Assembly: GCA_949288095.1 (NCBI GenBank) | Contig: CASEIX010000058.1 | Span: 14,722 to 78,721, forward strand | Length of the DNA: 64,000 bases | Reading direction: 5' to 3' | Source of the DNA: an uncultured Eubacteriales bacterium | GTDB taxonomy: Bacteria; Bacillota; Clostridia; TANB77; CAG-508 | Shown: in pieces, positions 48,085 to 58,047 of the stretch | How positions within the stretch are numbered: the stretch's first letter is position 1 | Layout of the letters: the number at the start of each line of letters is the position of its first letter | The notes under the pieces: generated by a model | What the model was told of the DNA's origin: nothing | Seen by the model: the letters and a program-made list of their open reading frames with translations, nothing else | The model's database searches: none | Program-made: the position numbers and the translations under genes

Positions 48085-48762
48085 CTAGTTTACAAACTGT
48101 TTTATAATATTGATATCCTCATAGGTTGTAATTTTTATATTAGTGTAATCTCCTTCAATGATTTTTATTGGATACCCTTCTTTTTCCAATAACATACAAT
48201 CATCTGTTACATCATCATTTTTATATTTTTCATGCATATTGAATAATATGTTTCTATCAAAACACTGTGGTGTTTGAATAATCCATGTATTCGCTCTTTT
48301 AGTTGTATTGACAACTACTTGATTTTCATCTGTAATTTTAATGGTATCTTTTGATTTTACACCAACTGTTACTCCTTTAAATTCTTTCATACTTTCTATA
48401 CATTTATCAATATAGCTTGGTTTTATAGCAGGTCTTGCACCGTCATGAATAATTACAATATCTGCAGTTGTTTCTTTTAAACAATTATAAACAGATTCTT
48501 TTCTAGAATTCCCACCTACTACCATATGAATTGGTTTTTGAAAGTTTTCTTTTTGTATAATTTCTTTTACAGTTTCCATTTCATCTTGTTTTACTGCTAC
48601 CACCATATTATCAACATATGTATTGGTATCAAATGCATTTAAACTATAAAATAATACTGGTTTTCCATTTACATCTTCAAAATTCTTATTTCTATTTTGT
48701 CCATATCTTGTACTATTTCCTGCGACTAAGATAATGGCTGTTACTGTTTTTCCTTCTATCAA
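48085..48762 (-). CDS. ispD: 2-C-methyl-D-erythritol 4-phosphate cytidylyltransferase
   Basis: AIILVAGNSTRYG is the nucleotide-binding loop. 225 aa. The start overlaps the ispE stop by 4 nt. Confidence 0.88.
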   Translation of the reverse strand: MIEGKTVTAIILVAGNSTRYGQNRNKNFEDVNGKPVLFYSLNAFDTNTYVDNMVVAVKQDEMETVKEIIQKENFQKPIHMVVGGNSRKESVYNCLKETTADIVIIHDGARPAIKPSYIDKCIESMKEFKGVTVGVKSKDTIKITDENQVVVNTTKRANTWIIQTPQCFDRNILFNMHEKYKNDDVTDDCMLLEKEGYPIKIIEGDYTNIKITTYEDINIIKQFVN

Positions 48763-49631
48763 AACATTTCCCCCTTTTTTACATTATATGATGTACAAAT
48801 ATATGTCTGGTAATTATCTTTTAATGCTATGTAGGCATCTTTTGCTGATTGTTTATCTTCAAATATTCCATAAACACAAGAACCTGTACCTGTCATTAAT
48901 GCCTGTAATGCTCCATTTTTTATCAATTCTTTTTTTATATCTTGAATGATTTCTTTTTCTTGTATGACTTCTTCAAATACATTATATAAATTATTGGCCA
49001 ATAAATGAATATCTTTGTTTTCTAATGCTTTTATAATATTCTCTGATGTATGCAATTGCTGTATACCTTCTTCAGTATCTAGTTTTTGAAACATTTCTTT
49101 TGTATTGCAAGCTATTTCAGGTTTAATGATTACCATATAATATTTAAAATAGGTATCAATATTTGTAATAATTTCTCCTATGCCTTCTGCTTTTACTGGT
49201 TTGTTATAAAAACAAGGAACAACATCTGCACCTAAACTTTTTCCTAAAGACTCTATCTCTTTCTTTGTTAACTTTAAATCAAATAGTTTATTCATGGCTA
49301 TGATAAATGCAGCACAGTCTGTGCTTCCTCCAGCCATTCCTGCTTGCATAGGAATTTTTTTGTTTACTGTTACTTCAATTCCGTTAATGACTTTATACTG
49401 TTCTTTTAATTTCACATAAGCTTTATAAATGATATTTTCTTTTGTATTTAATTCCTTCACATTAATGTTTAATTTGAAATCATCTGTCTCTGTCTTCTTT
49501 ATATAGATTTCATCATATAGATTGACTTTTTGAAATACAGATTCCAAATTATGATAATTGTCTTCTCTTTTCCCTAATATTTCTAAATTTAAATTTATTT
49601 TTGCTCTTGCTTTTATATATATTTCTTCCAT
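48759..49631 (-). CDS. ispE: 4-diphosphocytidyl-2-C-methyl-D-erythritol kinase
   Basis: GHMP kinase with KINLNLEILGKR and PMQAGMAGGSTDCAA motifs. Confidence 0.88.
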   Translation of the reverse strand: MEEIYIKARAKINLNLEILGKREDNYHNLESVFQKVNLYDEIYIKKTETDDFKLNINVKELNTKENIIYKAYVKLKEQYKVINGIEVTVNKKIPMQAGMAGGSTDCAAFIIAMNKLFDLKLTKKEIESLGKSLGADVVPCFYNKPVKAEGIGEIITNIDTYFKYYMVIIKPEIACNTKEMFQKLDTEEGIQQLHTSENIIKALENKDIHLLANNLYNVFEEVIQEKEIIQDIKKELIKNGALQALMTGTGSCVYGIFEDKQSAKDAYIALKDNYQTYICTSYNVKKGEMF

Positions 49632-49710
49632 ATATAATCTTATTCCTTCCTAAGACACAAATCTCTAATTGGAAAAGAATGAAATTTTCCAACTTTTTCC
49701 CCTGCTTATT

Positions 49711-50175
49711 TTACTCTACTGTAAGGCAAGTAAAAACACTAATTCCGTTACCTTTTCCGAACTCTGTTAGTGCTTCTCCTGAAGTAGCTGTTATCCCAAT
49801 ACAATTTTCATTGATTCCTAATATTCTTCCTATATTTTTTCTCATTTCTTCTACTTTAGGACTTATTTTCGGTGTTTTACATTCTATAGAAATAGATAGA
49901 TGTACAATTTGATTATCTAAATATTTTAAAGCTTCTTTTAGATATTCTTCACTATTGGTAATACCATTTTTACACATATCATCAGAAACCTTTCCAATTA
50001 TATTTTTACATGTGATTCCTGAAATGGCGTTTGTAATGGCATGTAAAACAACATCTCCATCACTATTGGCTACGATTGAAAAATCTTCTTCAAATTCTAC
50101 GCCTCCTAATACCACTTTTTTATCTGTATTTGTATAATCAATTCTATGACTATCTTGTCCAATGGCTACTTTCAT
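49711..50175 (-). CDS. ispF: 2-C-methyl-D-erythritol 2,4-cyclodiphosphate synthase
   Basis: IGQDSHR, GVEFEEDFSIVANSDGDVVLHA and ATSGE motifs are present. 154 aa. Confidence 0.9.
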   Translation of the reverse strand: MKVAIGQDSHRIDYTNTDKKVVLGGVEFEEDFSIVANSDGDVVLHAITNAISGITCKNIIGKVSDDMCKNGITNSEEYLKEALKYLDNQIVHLSISIECKTPKISPKVEEMRKNIGRILGINENCIGITATSGEALTEFGKGNGISVFTCLTVE

Positions 50176-50393
50176 TGATTTCCTCCTTCTTATTCTTTAT
50201 CCTTTTCATTGTATCACACCCTATAGTTTTATACAATCTAATTCACTTTTTTTGTATAAAGAAATAAGAACCTATTCCTGACATAGCAGTCAAAGATTGT
50301 AGCCCTAGTCCCCAGAACCTTGTTCTCTTTGACAACAAAAAAGTTAAAACAATCATTGGCTTTGATTTGCTTTAACTTTTTCTATTTTTATGC

Positions 50394-51572
50394 TTATATT
50401 TCTTGTCCTATCCTTCTTTTTCTTTCTAGAGGATTTGTATATATTTCTCTCAATTCGCTTAATGCTTTGTCTGAATATCCTTTTCTTTCTAATCTGCTCA
50501 ATTTAGCTTCTAGCCAATTACGATAATATTCTCTCAAGTCTGTTTTTTTCATAGTTTCGAGTTGTATTAATACTTCATAAACTTCATCTGTCCATATATG
50601 TTCTCCTTTATTGTAGAGTGGTATGTCTTTTTCCTTTGAATATTCATCTGGTTTATCTCTAAGACAAATTGTTCTTTTAAAAATAAGTAGTCTTTCTTGT
50701 TCTAATAGAGCACTAATTGCATTGTTAACTTTATTTTTTATAGTTTGCTTTTCACCAAGTGATAATCGAAAGTCAAATCGTCTATCATCTTCTTCAATAA
50801 CATTTACAAATCTGTAGAGTTGCTGATATATTTCTATAGTACGTTTTCGTACTTCTTCTATTTTCTCTTCTGTAGAAGGGATTTGGTCACCGGTTTCAAC
50901 TCTAGTGTAACTATTATTTAAATCTCTACATACTCTCTGAATGATTCCTTCCAAAACAGCATCTCTATTTTCTAATCCATAAAAAAAATATTTTTGAAAA
51001 TACTTTTGATTTAATCTGGGTTTATTTAGTAAGATGTTCATTCTATCATTTTCTCGTTGCATGACTCCATATGTGTAATTTGTACTTTGCGTTAATTGTT
51101 CTCTATTGATTTTACCTAAATCATACAATTCTAATCCATCTTTTTTCCATTGCCCTATATCTTCTTGTTGTATATCTTGTAATAGATCGATATAAGATAG
51201 AATTATTCTTGGTCTTTCTCCTTTTACAGTTTCTAATCTAGCATATAGAAATGCACTTTTCCCTGCATTTTCTTTTCCTGTATGCTCTTTTACAACATTG
51301 CTTTCTTCTATTCTAAATTCTTTCATCTTCTTTGCATCATCCAAATTGCCTATGTACTGTTGAATATTGCTTAAATGTTTATCATCTTGTCTTTTTAACA
51401 ACCATCTTCTATCTAATGTTAAAATATTATTTTCCACCACAATATCAAAATCTTCTACTGTTTGCGTTTCTTCTGACATTTTTTTTAATTTTTCTTTTAA
51501 ACCTTCTGATATTTTTTTTAATTTTGCTTTTAAATCTTCTGCATCTTTTGGTTCGATTATATTTAATTCCAT
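50394..51572 (-). CDS. hypothetical protein (392 aa, highly charged, helical)
   Basis: No recognisable catalytic motif. Confidence 0.4.
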   Translation of the reverse strand: MELNIIEPKDAEDLKAKLKKISEGLKEKLKKMSEETQTVEDFDIVVENNILTLDRRWLLKRQDDKHLSNIQQYIGNLDDAKKMKEFRIEESNVVKEHTGKENAGKSAFLYARLETVKGERPRIILSYIDLLQDIQQEDIGQWKKDGLELYDLGKINREQLTQSTNYTYGVMQRENDRMNILLNKPRLNQKYFQKYFFYGLENRDAVLEGIIQRVCRDLNNSYTRVETGDQIPSTEEKIEEVRKRTIEIYQQLYRFVNVIEEDDRRFDFRLSLGEKQTIKNKVNNAISALLEQERLLIFKRTICLRDKPDEYSKEKDIPLYNKGEHIWTDEVYEVLIQLETMKKTDLREYYRNWLEAKLSRLERKGYSDKALSELREIYTNPLERKRRIGQEI

Positions 51573-51747
51573 GTTAACTACCTCTTTTATTTTCTTCTCC
51601 GTTTATTTCTTCATCTATTTTTTTCTTTAGTAGTTAATTTAGATATATCATATGCCAAAAAAATTATCAATAGTTCCTTACTATATTTTTAATTTTATTT
51701 ATTGCTTTGAATTTATTAATTTCATTATATGATTTTTTAACAAATTT

Positions 51748-52578
51748 TTATACTTCAAACCTAATATATGCTCTATCATCATAACTTTCTTGATTCTTAT
51801 AAAATCCTCTCTCATATGCAAATTCTTTATAACAAAGTGGATCCACTTCTCTTATATAATTCAAATACTCTTCTGATTTTTTTAGTGTATGAAATGGTTT
51901 TCGATATCCATCTGTAACAAAAACAATTTCTTTTATATCTTGAGGCACATCAATACACTTTATTAACTTTTTATCTGGTTTATTAAATCCATCAATAACT
52001 ACATAATCATATATACTGTTAAAGGTTTTATTCCTAATGTATGGTTGTCTTTTAGATAAAGGCTGAAAAAACATTTTGGTAACGTCATCTTCTAATAACT
52101 CTTTCTCTGTATATCCTGTTGCCAATAAATAATTAATTGTCATAACTCTCATTTTTGTATATAATTCGTCCGATTCTAATTTATTTTCAAGTATTGTATT
52201 ACCATATAAAGCCATACAATCCCCAATTAACCATATTTGATGATGTTGTTTTGAATACATAATAACAGAAGCTGATGGTTGGTCTGCTGCATCATCTTTT
52301 ATTTTTTCGTATATACCATGTTGTTTATAAAACGTAAGAATATATTCATTTAAAAAATCTATTGCTTCATAACAATTCCATTGCTTATCTAATTTTGGAA
52401 TGGCTTCTAATAAGATATCACAAATAATTTTCCCTAGTTTTTTGTTATGATATGTAAATTGACTATGAGAAGTAACACCATCAATAACTGCTACAAAATC
52501 ATCTGTCACACATATTCCATCTTCACATAGTTCTTCTTTATTAAACTTTCCTTTTAGAAATTGTTCTATGACCTTCAT
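51748..52578 (-). CDS. possible PPM/PP2C-like phosphatase-fold protein
   Basis: Weak matches to PP2C metal-binding motifs: FVAVIDGVTSHS, IWLIGDCMALY and VFVTDGY. The assignment is tentative. Confidence 0.35.
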   Translation of the reverse strand: MKVIEQFLKGKFNKEELCEDGICVTDDFVAVIDGVTSHSQFTYHNKKLGKIICDILLEAIPKLDKQWNCYEAIDFLNEYILTFYKQHGIYEKIKDDAADQPSASVIMYSKQHHQIWLIGDCMALYGNTILENKLESDELYTKMRVMTINYLLATGYTEKELLEDDVTKMFFQPLSKRQPYIRNKTFNSIYDYVVIDGFNKPDKKLIKCIDVPQDIKEIVFVTDGYRKPFHTLKKSEEYLNYIREVDPLCYKEFAYERGFYKNQESYDDRAYIRFEV

Positions 52579-52604
52579 ATATATTCTCCTATCTCTTTTT
52601 CTAT

Positions 52605-53180
52605 TTATTTTATTACTTTACAATCTCTTTCTACTTTTTCTTTTCCATGTACTGAAATATATATTTGAAACATATCCTTTAAAATCTCATTTTCATTATC
52701 TTTGTGTGTAGAAATTGGAAGTACATAGATTGATAATATTAAAGTTTCAAACCATTTTAATTCAGAATTTAATTTTTCAAACCCTAAATTTTCATAGAAC
52801 TTTGCTCTTCTTTCTCTTAATAGATTATCTTGCTTATCTTTTCCTAAACCTAGTTTTTCTATTTCCACAAATATTCCATCATATACTTCCATTTGTTTTT
52901 TTAATAATTGTATTGCTTTTGTTCCATATCCCTTATTTTGATATTTTTCTAAAATAGCAAAATAATCTAGTTGCACATATTGGCTATTTTTGATTGTATT
53001 GATGATAAAAAATCCGATAAATTGATTATGTTCACATATCTTGATAAGTTTTGTTATTTTTTTATCATAATTTTGTTCTATGGTTTTTAATTCTTTTCTT
53101 TCTTCTTTTGGAAATATTTTTATATATTCAGGATATATAATTTCTTTAAATTGTTTTATATCCACATTTACTAATTGCAT
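52605..53180 (-). CDS. GNAT family N-acetyltransferase
   Basis: Motif A is QNKGYGTKAIQLL. 191 aa. Confidence 0.75.
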   Translation of the reverse strand: MQLVNVDIKQFKEIIYPEYIKIFPKEERKELKTIEQNYDKKITKLIKICEHNQFIGFFIINTIKNSQYVQLDYFAILEKYQNKGYGTKAIQLLKKQMEVYDGIFVEIEKLGLGKDKQDNLLRERRAKFYENLGFEKLNSELKWFETLILSIYVLPISTHKDNENEILKDMFQIYISVHGKEKVERDCKVIK

Positions 53181-53201
53181 TATTTTTGCTCCTTAAATAA
53201 A

Positions 53202-54098
53202 TTATATTATTTTATTTTCATAATCACTTTCACTATTTAAGATTCCGTATGCCATGGCAATATCTGTTGGTATGATATATTTTGCTTCTATTGCTTCTGC
53301 CACTACTAATACAAAAGCACTCATTGCTCTTGTTGCATACCACCACTCTGGATCTTTTACTCTACTTCGTATCTCATCTAAAGATATAGATTTGTAGTAT
53401 CTTTCTGTTTCACTCTCCCTGGTTTCTATATCCATCATAATAGGTGCTGCTATATCTTGATATAAAGTATTTTCTTCATATTTCATTCCTGAAATCCTAG
53501 CAACTTTTTCATGTCCTCCACCAGTTAATATTAATATATCTGCTTTTTCTTTGGGTAGTTTTAATCTTTTTTGTATATATGTTTTTACTGTTTTTAAATC
53601 ACTTATTGCTATATCTTCTGCTAAATCCGGAAACTCTTGCATGACATCTATAACACCAATTTTTGTGTTAACACTTTCTTTAATTTCTTTGTCATATATC
53701 GTAATTTCTGTAGAACCTCCTCCACCAATAAATACACACACTTTATTATTAACAAATCTTGTAGCACCATAGGTTGTTAACTCATTTTCTTTTTCTTGAG
53801 AAATAATAGTAAAATCATATCCAGTTTCGTTTTTAAACTTACTTAGAAATTCCTTTCTTTCTTTTTCGTTCAAAGTTCTAAAAATACTTGTGCCACATAC
53901 ATATATCTGGGAAGAAATTGTCTTTAAGTTATTTATGCTTTTTATTAACTCTTCGACATCACTTTCTCTCAATTTTTTATCTTCATGATAATGCTTTTTA
54001 AATTGGATTGTTTTCCCTTCTAATCTTTCTATATTATTCCCATCAAACTTATCTACTTTTATACAAGTCGAACCCACTTCTACAATGATCTTATCCAT
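53202..54098 (-). CDS. Ppx/GppA-like ASKHA-fold phosphatase family protein
   Basis: N-terminal IIVEVGSTCIKV and CVFIGGGGSTEI glycine loops are present. 298 aa. Confidence 0.5.
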   Translation of the reverse strand: MDKIIVEVGSTCIKVDKFDGNNIERLEGKTIQFKKHYHEDKKLRESDVEELIKSINNLKTISSQIYVCGTSIFRTLNEKERKEFLSKFKNETGYDFTIISQEKENELTTYGATRFVNNKVCVFIGGGGSTEITIYDKEIKESVNTKIGVIDVMQEFPDLAEDIAISDLKTVKTYIQKRLKLPKEKADILILTGGGHEKVARISGMKYEENTLYQDIAAPIMMDIETRESETERYYKSISLDEIRSRVKDPEWWYATRAMSAFVLVVAEAIEAKYIIPTDIAMAYGILNSESDYENKII

Positions 54099-54163
54099 CT
54101 TATTCTACCTTTCTTTTCTTAAATCCCATATAACATAACAACTTCCTTCAAATTATATATTGC

Positions 54164-55099
54164 TTACTTTTGTTTGTTTAAATACTTCTTTATATTATTT
54201 GCTAATTCTATATCCATTCTTTCAATTGCTTGTTGTGTTACGCCTGCTATATGTGGCGTTATGATTACATTATTTCTTTTCACACTCAGTATTTCTTTAT
54301 AATTTTCTACATCAATATCTAATCCAACATTAAATGTTTCATTTTCATCTGCATATTTCACTAGTGCATTCATATCTACAATCTCAGCTCTTGATGTATT
54401 TATAAATGTCGCTGATTTCTTCATCAATCGAATCTTATCTTTCGAAATTAAATTCTCACTAGTTTCATTTAATGGAATATTTACTGTGATAATATCTGCA
54501 TTAGCTAATAATTCATCTAAGTTTAAAAACTGTATATCTTGTTCTGATAAATCCTGATGTTTTTCTGGATGTAATGTATAACAAACAATTTTCATATTAA
54601 AAACTTTGGCTATTTTCATTACTTCTTCGGCTATTTTTCCAGCACCTATAATTCCTATTGTACTTCCAGATATATCCTGACTTGTTCTTGATAAATCTTT
54701 CTTTGTTCCACCCTTTATAGAAACATCATTTGCCTCTATTATTCTTTTCTTTAAACTTAATATCAAACTAAATATATGCTCTGCTACAGATATTACATTT
54801 GCTGTTGGGCAATTAATAACTTTAATATATTCAGATTCAAAGAAACTTTTATCTATATGGTCTAATCCAATTGATAAAGTTGCTACTATTTTCTTACAAT
54901 TTATTTCTTTTAACATATCCTGTGTAAGTTTTTCTTTTACTCCAATGATTAGGATATCATAATTTTTTAGCAATTCTATCAATTCTTCTTTATTGGGTCT
55001 TTCTTCTTTTTTGGATAATGCTAATTCTACTCCTGCATTTGTGATGATTTCACATGCTTTTTGATCTAAGTCCTTAAATATACTATATGCTTTTAACAT
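54164..55099 (-). CDS. D-isomer-specific 2-hydroxyacid dehydrogenase (NAD-binding)
   Basis: The Rossmann loop is IGIIGAGKIAEEV and a catalytic HIAG motif is present. 311 aa. Confidence 0.85.
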   Translation of the reverse strand: MLKAYSIFKDLDQKACEIITNAGVELALSKKEERPNKEELIELLKNYDILIIGVKEKLTQDMLKEINCKKIVATLSIGLDHIDKSFFESEYIKVINCPTANVISVAEHIFSLILSLKKRIIEANDVSIKGGTKKDLSRTSQDISGSTIGIIGAGKIAEEVMKIAKVFNMKIVCYTLHPEKHQDLSEQDIQFLNLDELLANADIITVNIPLNETSENLISKDKIRLMKKSATFINTSRAEIVDMNALVKYADENETFNVGLDIDVENYKEILSVKRNNVIITPHIAGVTQQAIERMDIELANNIKKYLNKQK

Positions 55100-55121
55100 T
55101 GTTTCCTCCCAGTATATATAT

Positions 55122-56618
55122 CTAATTTTTTGTTATATATTTTTGATTTTTTGTATTTGGTTTATCTGGTATTGTCATTTGTAGCTTTCCACTATCTAAT
55201 AATGGTCTCATATATTTTAAATAAAAATTTCTTCTATCCCTTAATCCTAAATATGCCATTATTTCTTTTGTTGTTTTTGGTTCTTTACAAAATTCTAATA
55301 TTTTATCTTGGTGGGTATCTTGGTGGGTATCTTGGTGGGTTATTGGTTGTTTTTTCATTTCATTCTCGAATCCATCATGCATAAATATTGTTGTAATAAA
55401 ATAATCTCTTGTTTCATTTGTTTCAAACTCAGGTTCTTTTGAACCATTATTTTTTAATGCTCTTTTTATTTTTGGAATACCTGTATTTCTACCTTCTGTC
55501 AATTTTAATTCCTTTAAGAACTCTCCAATTCTACGATTTCTATACTTTCTTGCAATTATATTTTTATCTTCAATTGATTTTTCACTAATTGAACGGTCTG
55601 GTCCTGGATAGCTTACAATATGAATTCTATCTTCCATTATTCTGACTTCTACTGGTTCTCTTACATCATAGCCTCTGTGATAAACTGCATTTACCAAAGC
55701 TTCTTCTATTGCTTGATATGGATAATTAAAAAATCTTATTGCTTCTGCCTGTCCATCTACTTTTAAAATTTTTTCTTCAATTAATATATTACTGATATAA
55801 GTTAAAGCACTTTTTATCATACTATCTATTGGTCCTCTAAATATTCTTTCTGTCATATCATCACCTTCTGGACCATTTCTTAAATCTACTACTTCTATTT
55901 GTGAATATGGAAAAAATTTCTGTGGATCATCATTAAAAAACATCAATCCAACATTTAAAGGTTTCATATATTCTGGTGTTCCATCTACAATTCTCATACT
56001 TTTACATAAATCAATAAAGTCCATTTTTTCAGATTCTTCCAGTAAATCACTTTTTATTTCATATAAATAATTTTGAATAAGTGGTAATTTCAAATCCTGA
56101 ATCTCTGCCTCATGATTCATTCTATCATCAAAAGGAATAGTCCTTGCCATGTCATATAATTCTTTTTGTTCTGTTTCTGTTGCCTTTACTGTACTTGACA
56201 TTTTTCTTATATAATATGAATATCCTTTTGAAAAATCTTTATCCAATGTTGTTGGACATTTATATGGTCTTGTCTGTCCACCAAAACACCATACTACTAA
56301 TATATTTTTATCTTTATATTGTGCTACATCTACGATTGGCGTATATGATGGTTGAATTAACTTGCATTTTGCTAATAATTCTTTTTGGATTTTATCTATT
56401 TCAGATAATTCAAGCCCTGCTATTGGCATTTTAGGTCTACCATTTTCTTCTTCAACACCAATTAAAATATATCCTCCGCCCCAATTATCTATATCGTTTG
56501 CAAAAGCACAAATTGTATGTAATATCGGCTCTGGATTCCAATTTTTCTTTAATTCTAATCTTGCATTTTCTACAATATTTTCATTTAATATATTTTCTAT
56601 ACTTGTAGGTAATTTCAT
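55122..56618 (-). CDS. Schlafen/AlbA_2-domain plus HATPase_c_4 ATP-binding protein (putative transcriptional regulator) with C-terminal wHTH
   Basis: The N-terminus RLELKKNWNPE ... ICAFANDIDNWGGGYILIGVEE is diagnostic of the AlbA_2/divergent-AAA domain. The C-terminal part (KEIMAYLGLRDRRNFYLKYMRPLLDSGKL) is a winged-helix DNA-binding domain. Confidence 0.7.
   Translation of the reverse strand: MKLPTSIENILNENIVENARLELKKNWNPEPILHTICAFANDIDNWGGGYILIGVEEENGRPKMPIAGLELSEIDKIQKELLAKCKLIQPSYTPIVDVAQYKDKNILVVWCFGGQTRPYKCPTTLDKDFSKGYSYYIRKMSSTVKATETEQKELYDMARTIPFDDRMNHEAEIQDLKLPLIQNYLYEIKSDLLEESEKMDFIDLCKSMRIVDGTPEYMKPLNVGLMFFNDDPQKFFPYSQIEVVDLRNGPEGDDMTERIFRGPIDSMIKSALTYISNILIEEKILKVDGQAEAIRFFNYPYQAIEEALVNAVYHRGYDVREPVEVRIMEDRIHIVSYPGPDRSISEKSIEDKNIIARKYRNRRIGEFLKELKLTEGRNTGIPKIKRALKNNGSKEPEFETNETRDYFITTIFMHDGFENEMKKQPITHQDTHQDTHQDKILEFCKEPKTTKEIMAYLGLRDRRNFYLKYMRPLLDSGKLQMTIPDKPNTKNQKYITKN
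55305..55340 (-). repeat. perfect 12-bp tandem repeat x3 (atcttggtgggt) encoding THQD-THQD-THQD
   Basis: Three identical 12-mers lie inside the coding sequence of the Schlafen-like gene and give an in-frame tetrapeptide repeat. Confidence 0.75.
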
Positions 56619-56627
56619 TCTTTCACC

Positions 56628-58019
56628 TCATCCCTTTATGTGATTATTTTCATACTCTAAAAAAGCTAACAATGTTTTTATTGTTTTCTCACAAGAACTA
56701 ATATACATCCTTTCATTTACAGTATGAAAATCTTCTATAATACTTCCAATAGAAATCATATCTAATCCTGTTATTCTTTGAGCAATACAACTACATTCTA
56801 GTCCTCCATGTGTAATTTCAAAATCAGGATACTCTCTATTTACTTGATAATACATATTTGTATAGGTTTCTTTTAACTTTGATTTTACATTAGGTATCCA
56901 TGCTAAATCTTTGTAAACTTCTTCAGTTTTAAAACCATTATTTTTAGATATACACTTATTTGCATTATTTTGCTCTTGCAATTCACTCTCTTCTATACTT
57001 CTTAAAATTCCTGTTATCACTATTTTATTGTTTATGGTTTCTATCTTTCCTATATTTCCTGATGTAATGATATTGTTTTTATTTGTAATTAATCCTTGTT
57101 TTAAATTGATTATCTCTTCTACTATTTTTTTACTATCTTCTAAAGAAAATGCCATTTCACAATCCACTTCATCTATTTGTATATCTATATGTTTTTCCTC
57201 TATATTGTTCTTTATCTTATTTTCTATGTCTTTAATGTTTGTTTTTATAATACATTCACATGAAATTGCTATATCATTTTCTGAGTTACCTCCTGAAATT
57301 TGACAAATATATACATCCTCTTCGATTTGTAACATTTGTATTATCTTTGCCATTATGAAAATTGCATTTTTACTACTTCTCTCAATCTCCCATCCTGAAT
57401 TTCCACCTTCTACACCACTGATTGTTATTTTATAAGATGGCATATTGGTAGTAATATGTTTCCCTTCAAATATATATTGATTACAGATATCTGCATCACA
57501 TCCTATTACAATAGAATCATCTTTAGCATGATCTATATTAATTAATCTCTTTCCTTTCAATTTTGAATAATCAAAGTTTTCTGCACCGTGAAAAGTCGTT
57601 TCTTCTTCGGTTGTAAATAAACATTCTATATCTGGATGTTTTATTTTTCTACTTTCCAATATGAGTAACATGATAGCTAATCCAATTCCCTGGTCAGCTC
57701 CCAATGATGTATCTCTTGCTGATATCATATCACCATTTCTAACTATTTCAATTGGATCTGTATCAAAATCATGGTTGCTATTTTCTCTTTTTACACATAC
57801 CATATCCATATGTGCTTGTAATATGATTGGCTCATTATCTTTCTTATTACCAGATTTTTTTATCAAAACATTGTTACTTTTATCTCTATAACATTCTAGA
57901 TTATTTTCTTTCGCAAATGCCTCTAAAAAGTCAGCAAATCTTTTTTCTTTTCCTGATTCTCTTGGTATTTGTGATAATTTATAAAATAGTTCTAGAAATC
58001 TATTGGTTACTTCATTCAT
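56628..58019 (-). CDS. pepD: aminoacyl-histidine dipeptidase (M20 family, PepD-like)
   Basis: IILQAHMDMV and GADQGIG motifs are present. 463 aa. Confidence 0.8.
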   Translation of the reverse strand: MNEVTNRFLELFYKLSQIPRESGKEKRFADFLEAFAKENNLECYRDKSNNVLIKKSGNKKDNEPIILQAHMDMVCVKRENSNHDFDTDPIEIVRNGDMISARDTSLGADQGIGLAIMLLILESRKIKHPDIECLFTTEEETTFHGAENFDYSKLKGKRLINIDHAKDDSIVIGCDADICNQYIFEGKHITTNMPSYKITISGVEGGNSGWEIERSSKNAIFIMAKIIQMLQIEEDVYICQISGGNSENDIAISCECIIKTNIKDIENKIKNNIEEKHIDIQIDEVDCEMAFSLEDSKKIVEEIINLKQGLITNKNNIITSGNIGKIETINNKIVITGILRSIEESELQEQNNANKCISKNNGFKTEEVYKDLAWIPNVKSKLKETYTNMYYQVNREYPDFEITHGGLECSCIAQRITGLDMISIGSIIEDFHTVNERMYISSCEKTIKTLLAFLEYENNHIKG

Positions 58020-58047
58020 TTTTTACCTCACCTATATTTTTATTTAT

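Noticed and set aside
50270-50345. tRNA-like gene in the GC-rich segment upstream of ispF (contains GGTTC)
   Set aside because: No acceptor stem/T-arm/anticodon-arm arrangement fits. GGTTC is followed by tgggga rather than a T-loop. It is treated as a structured terminator or leader instead.
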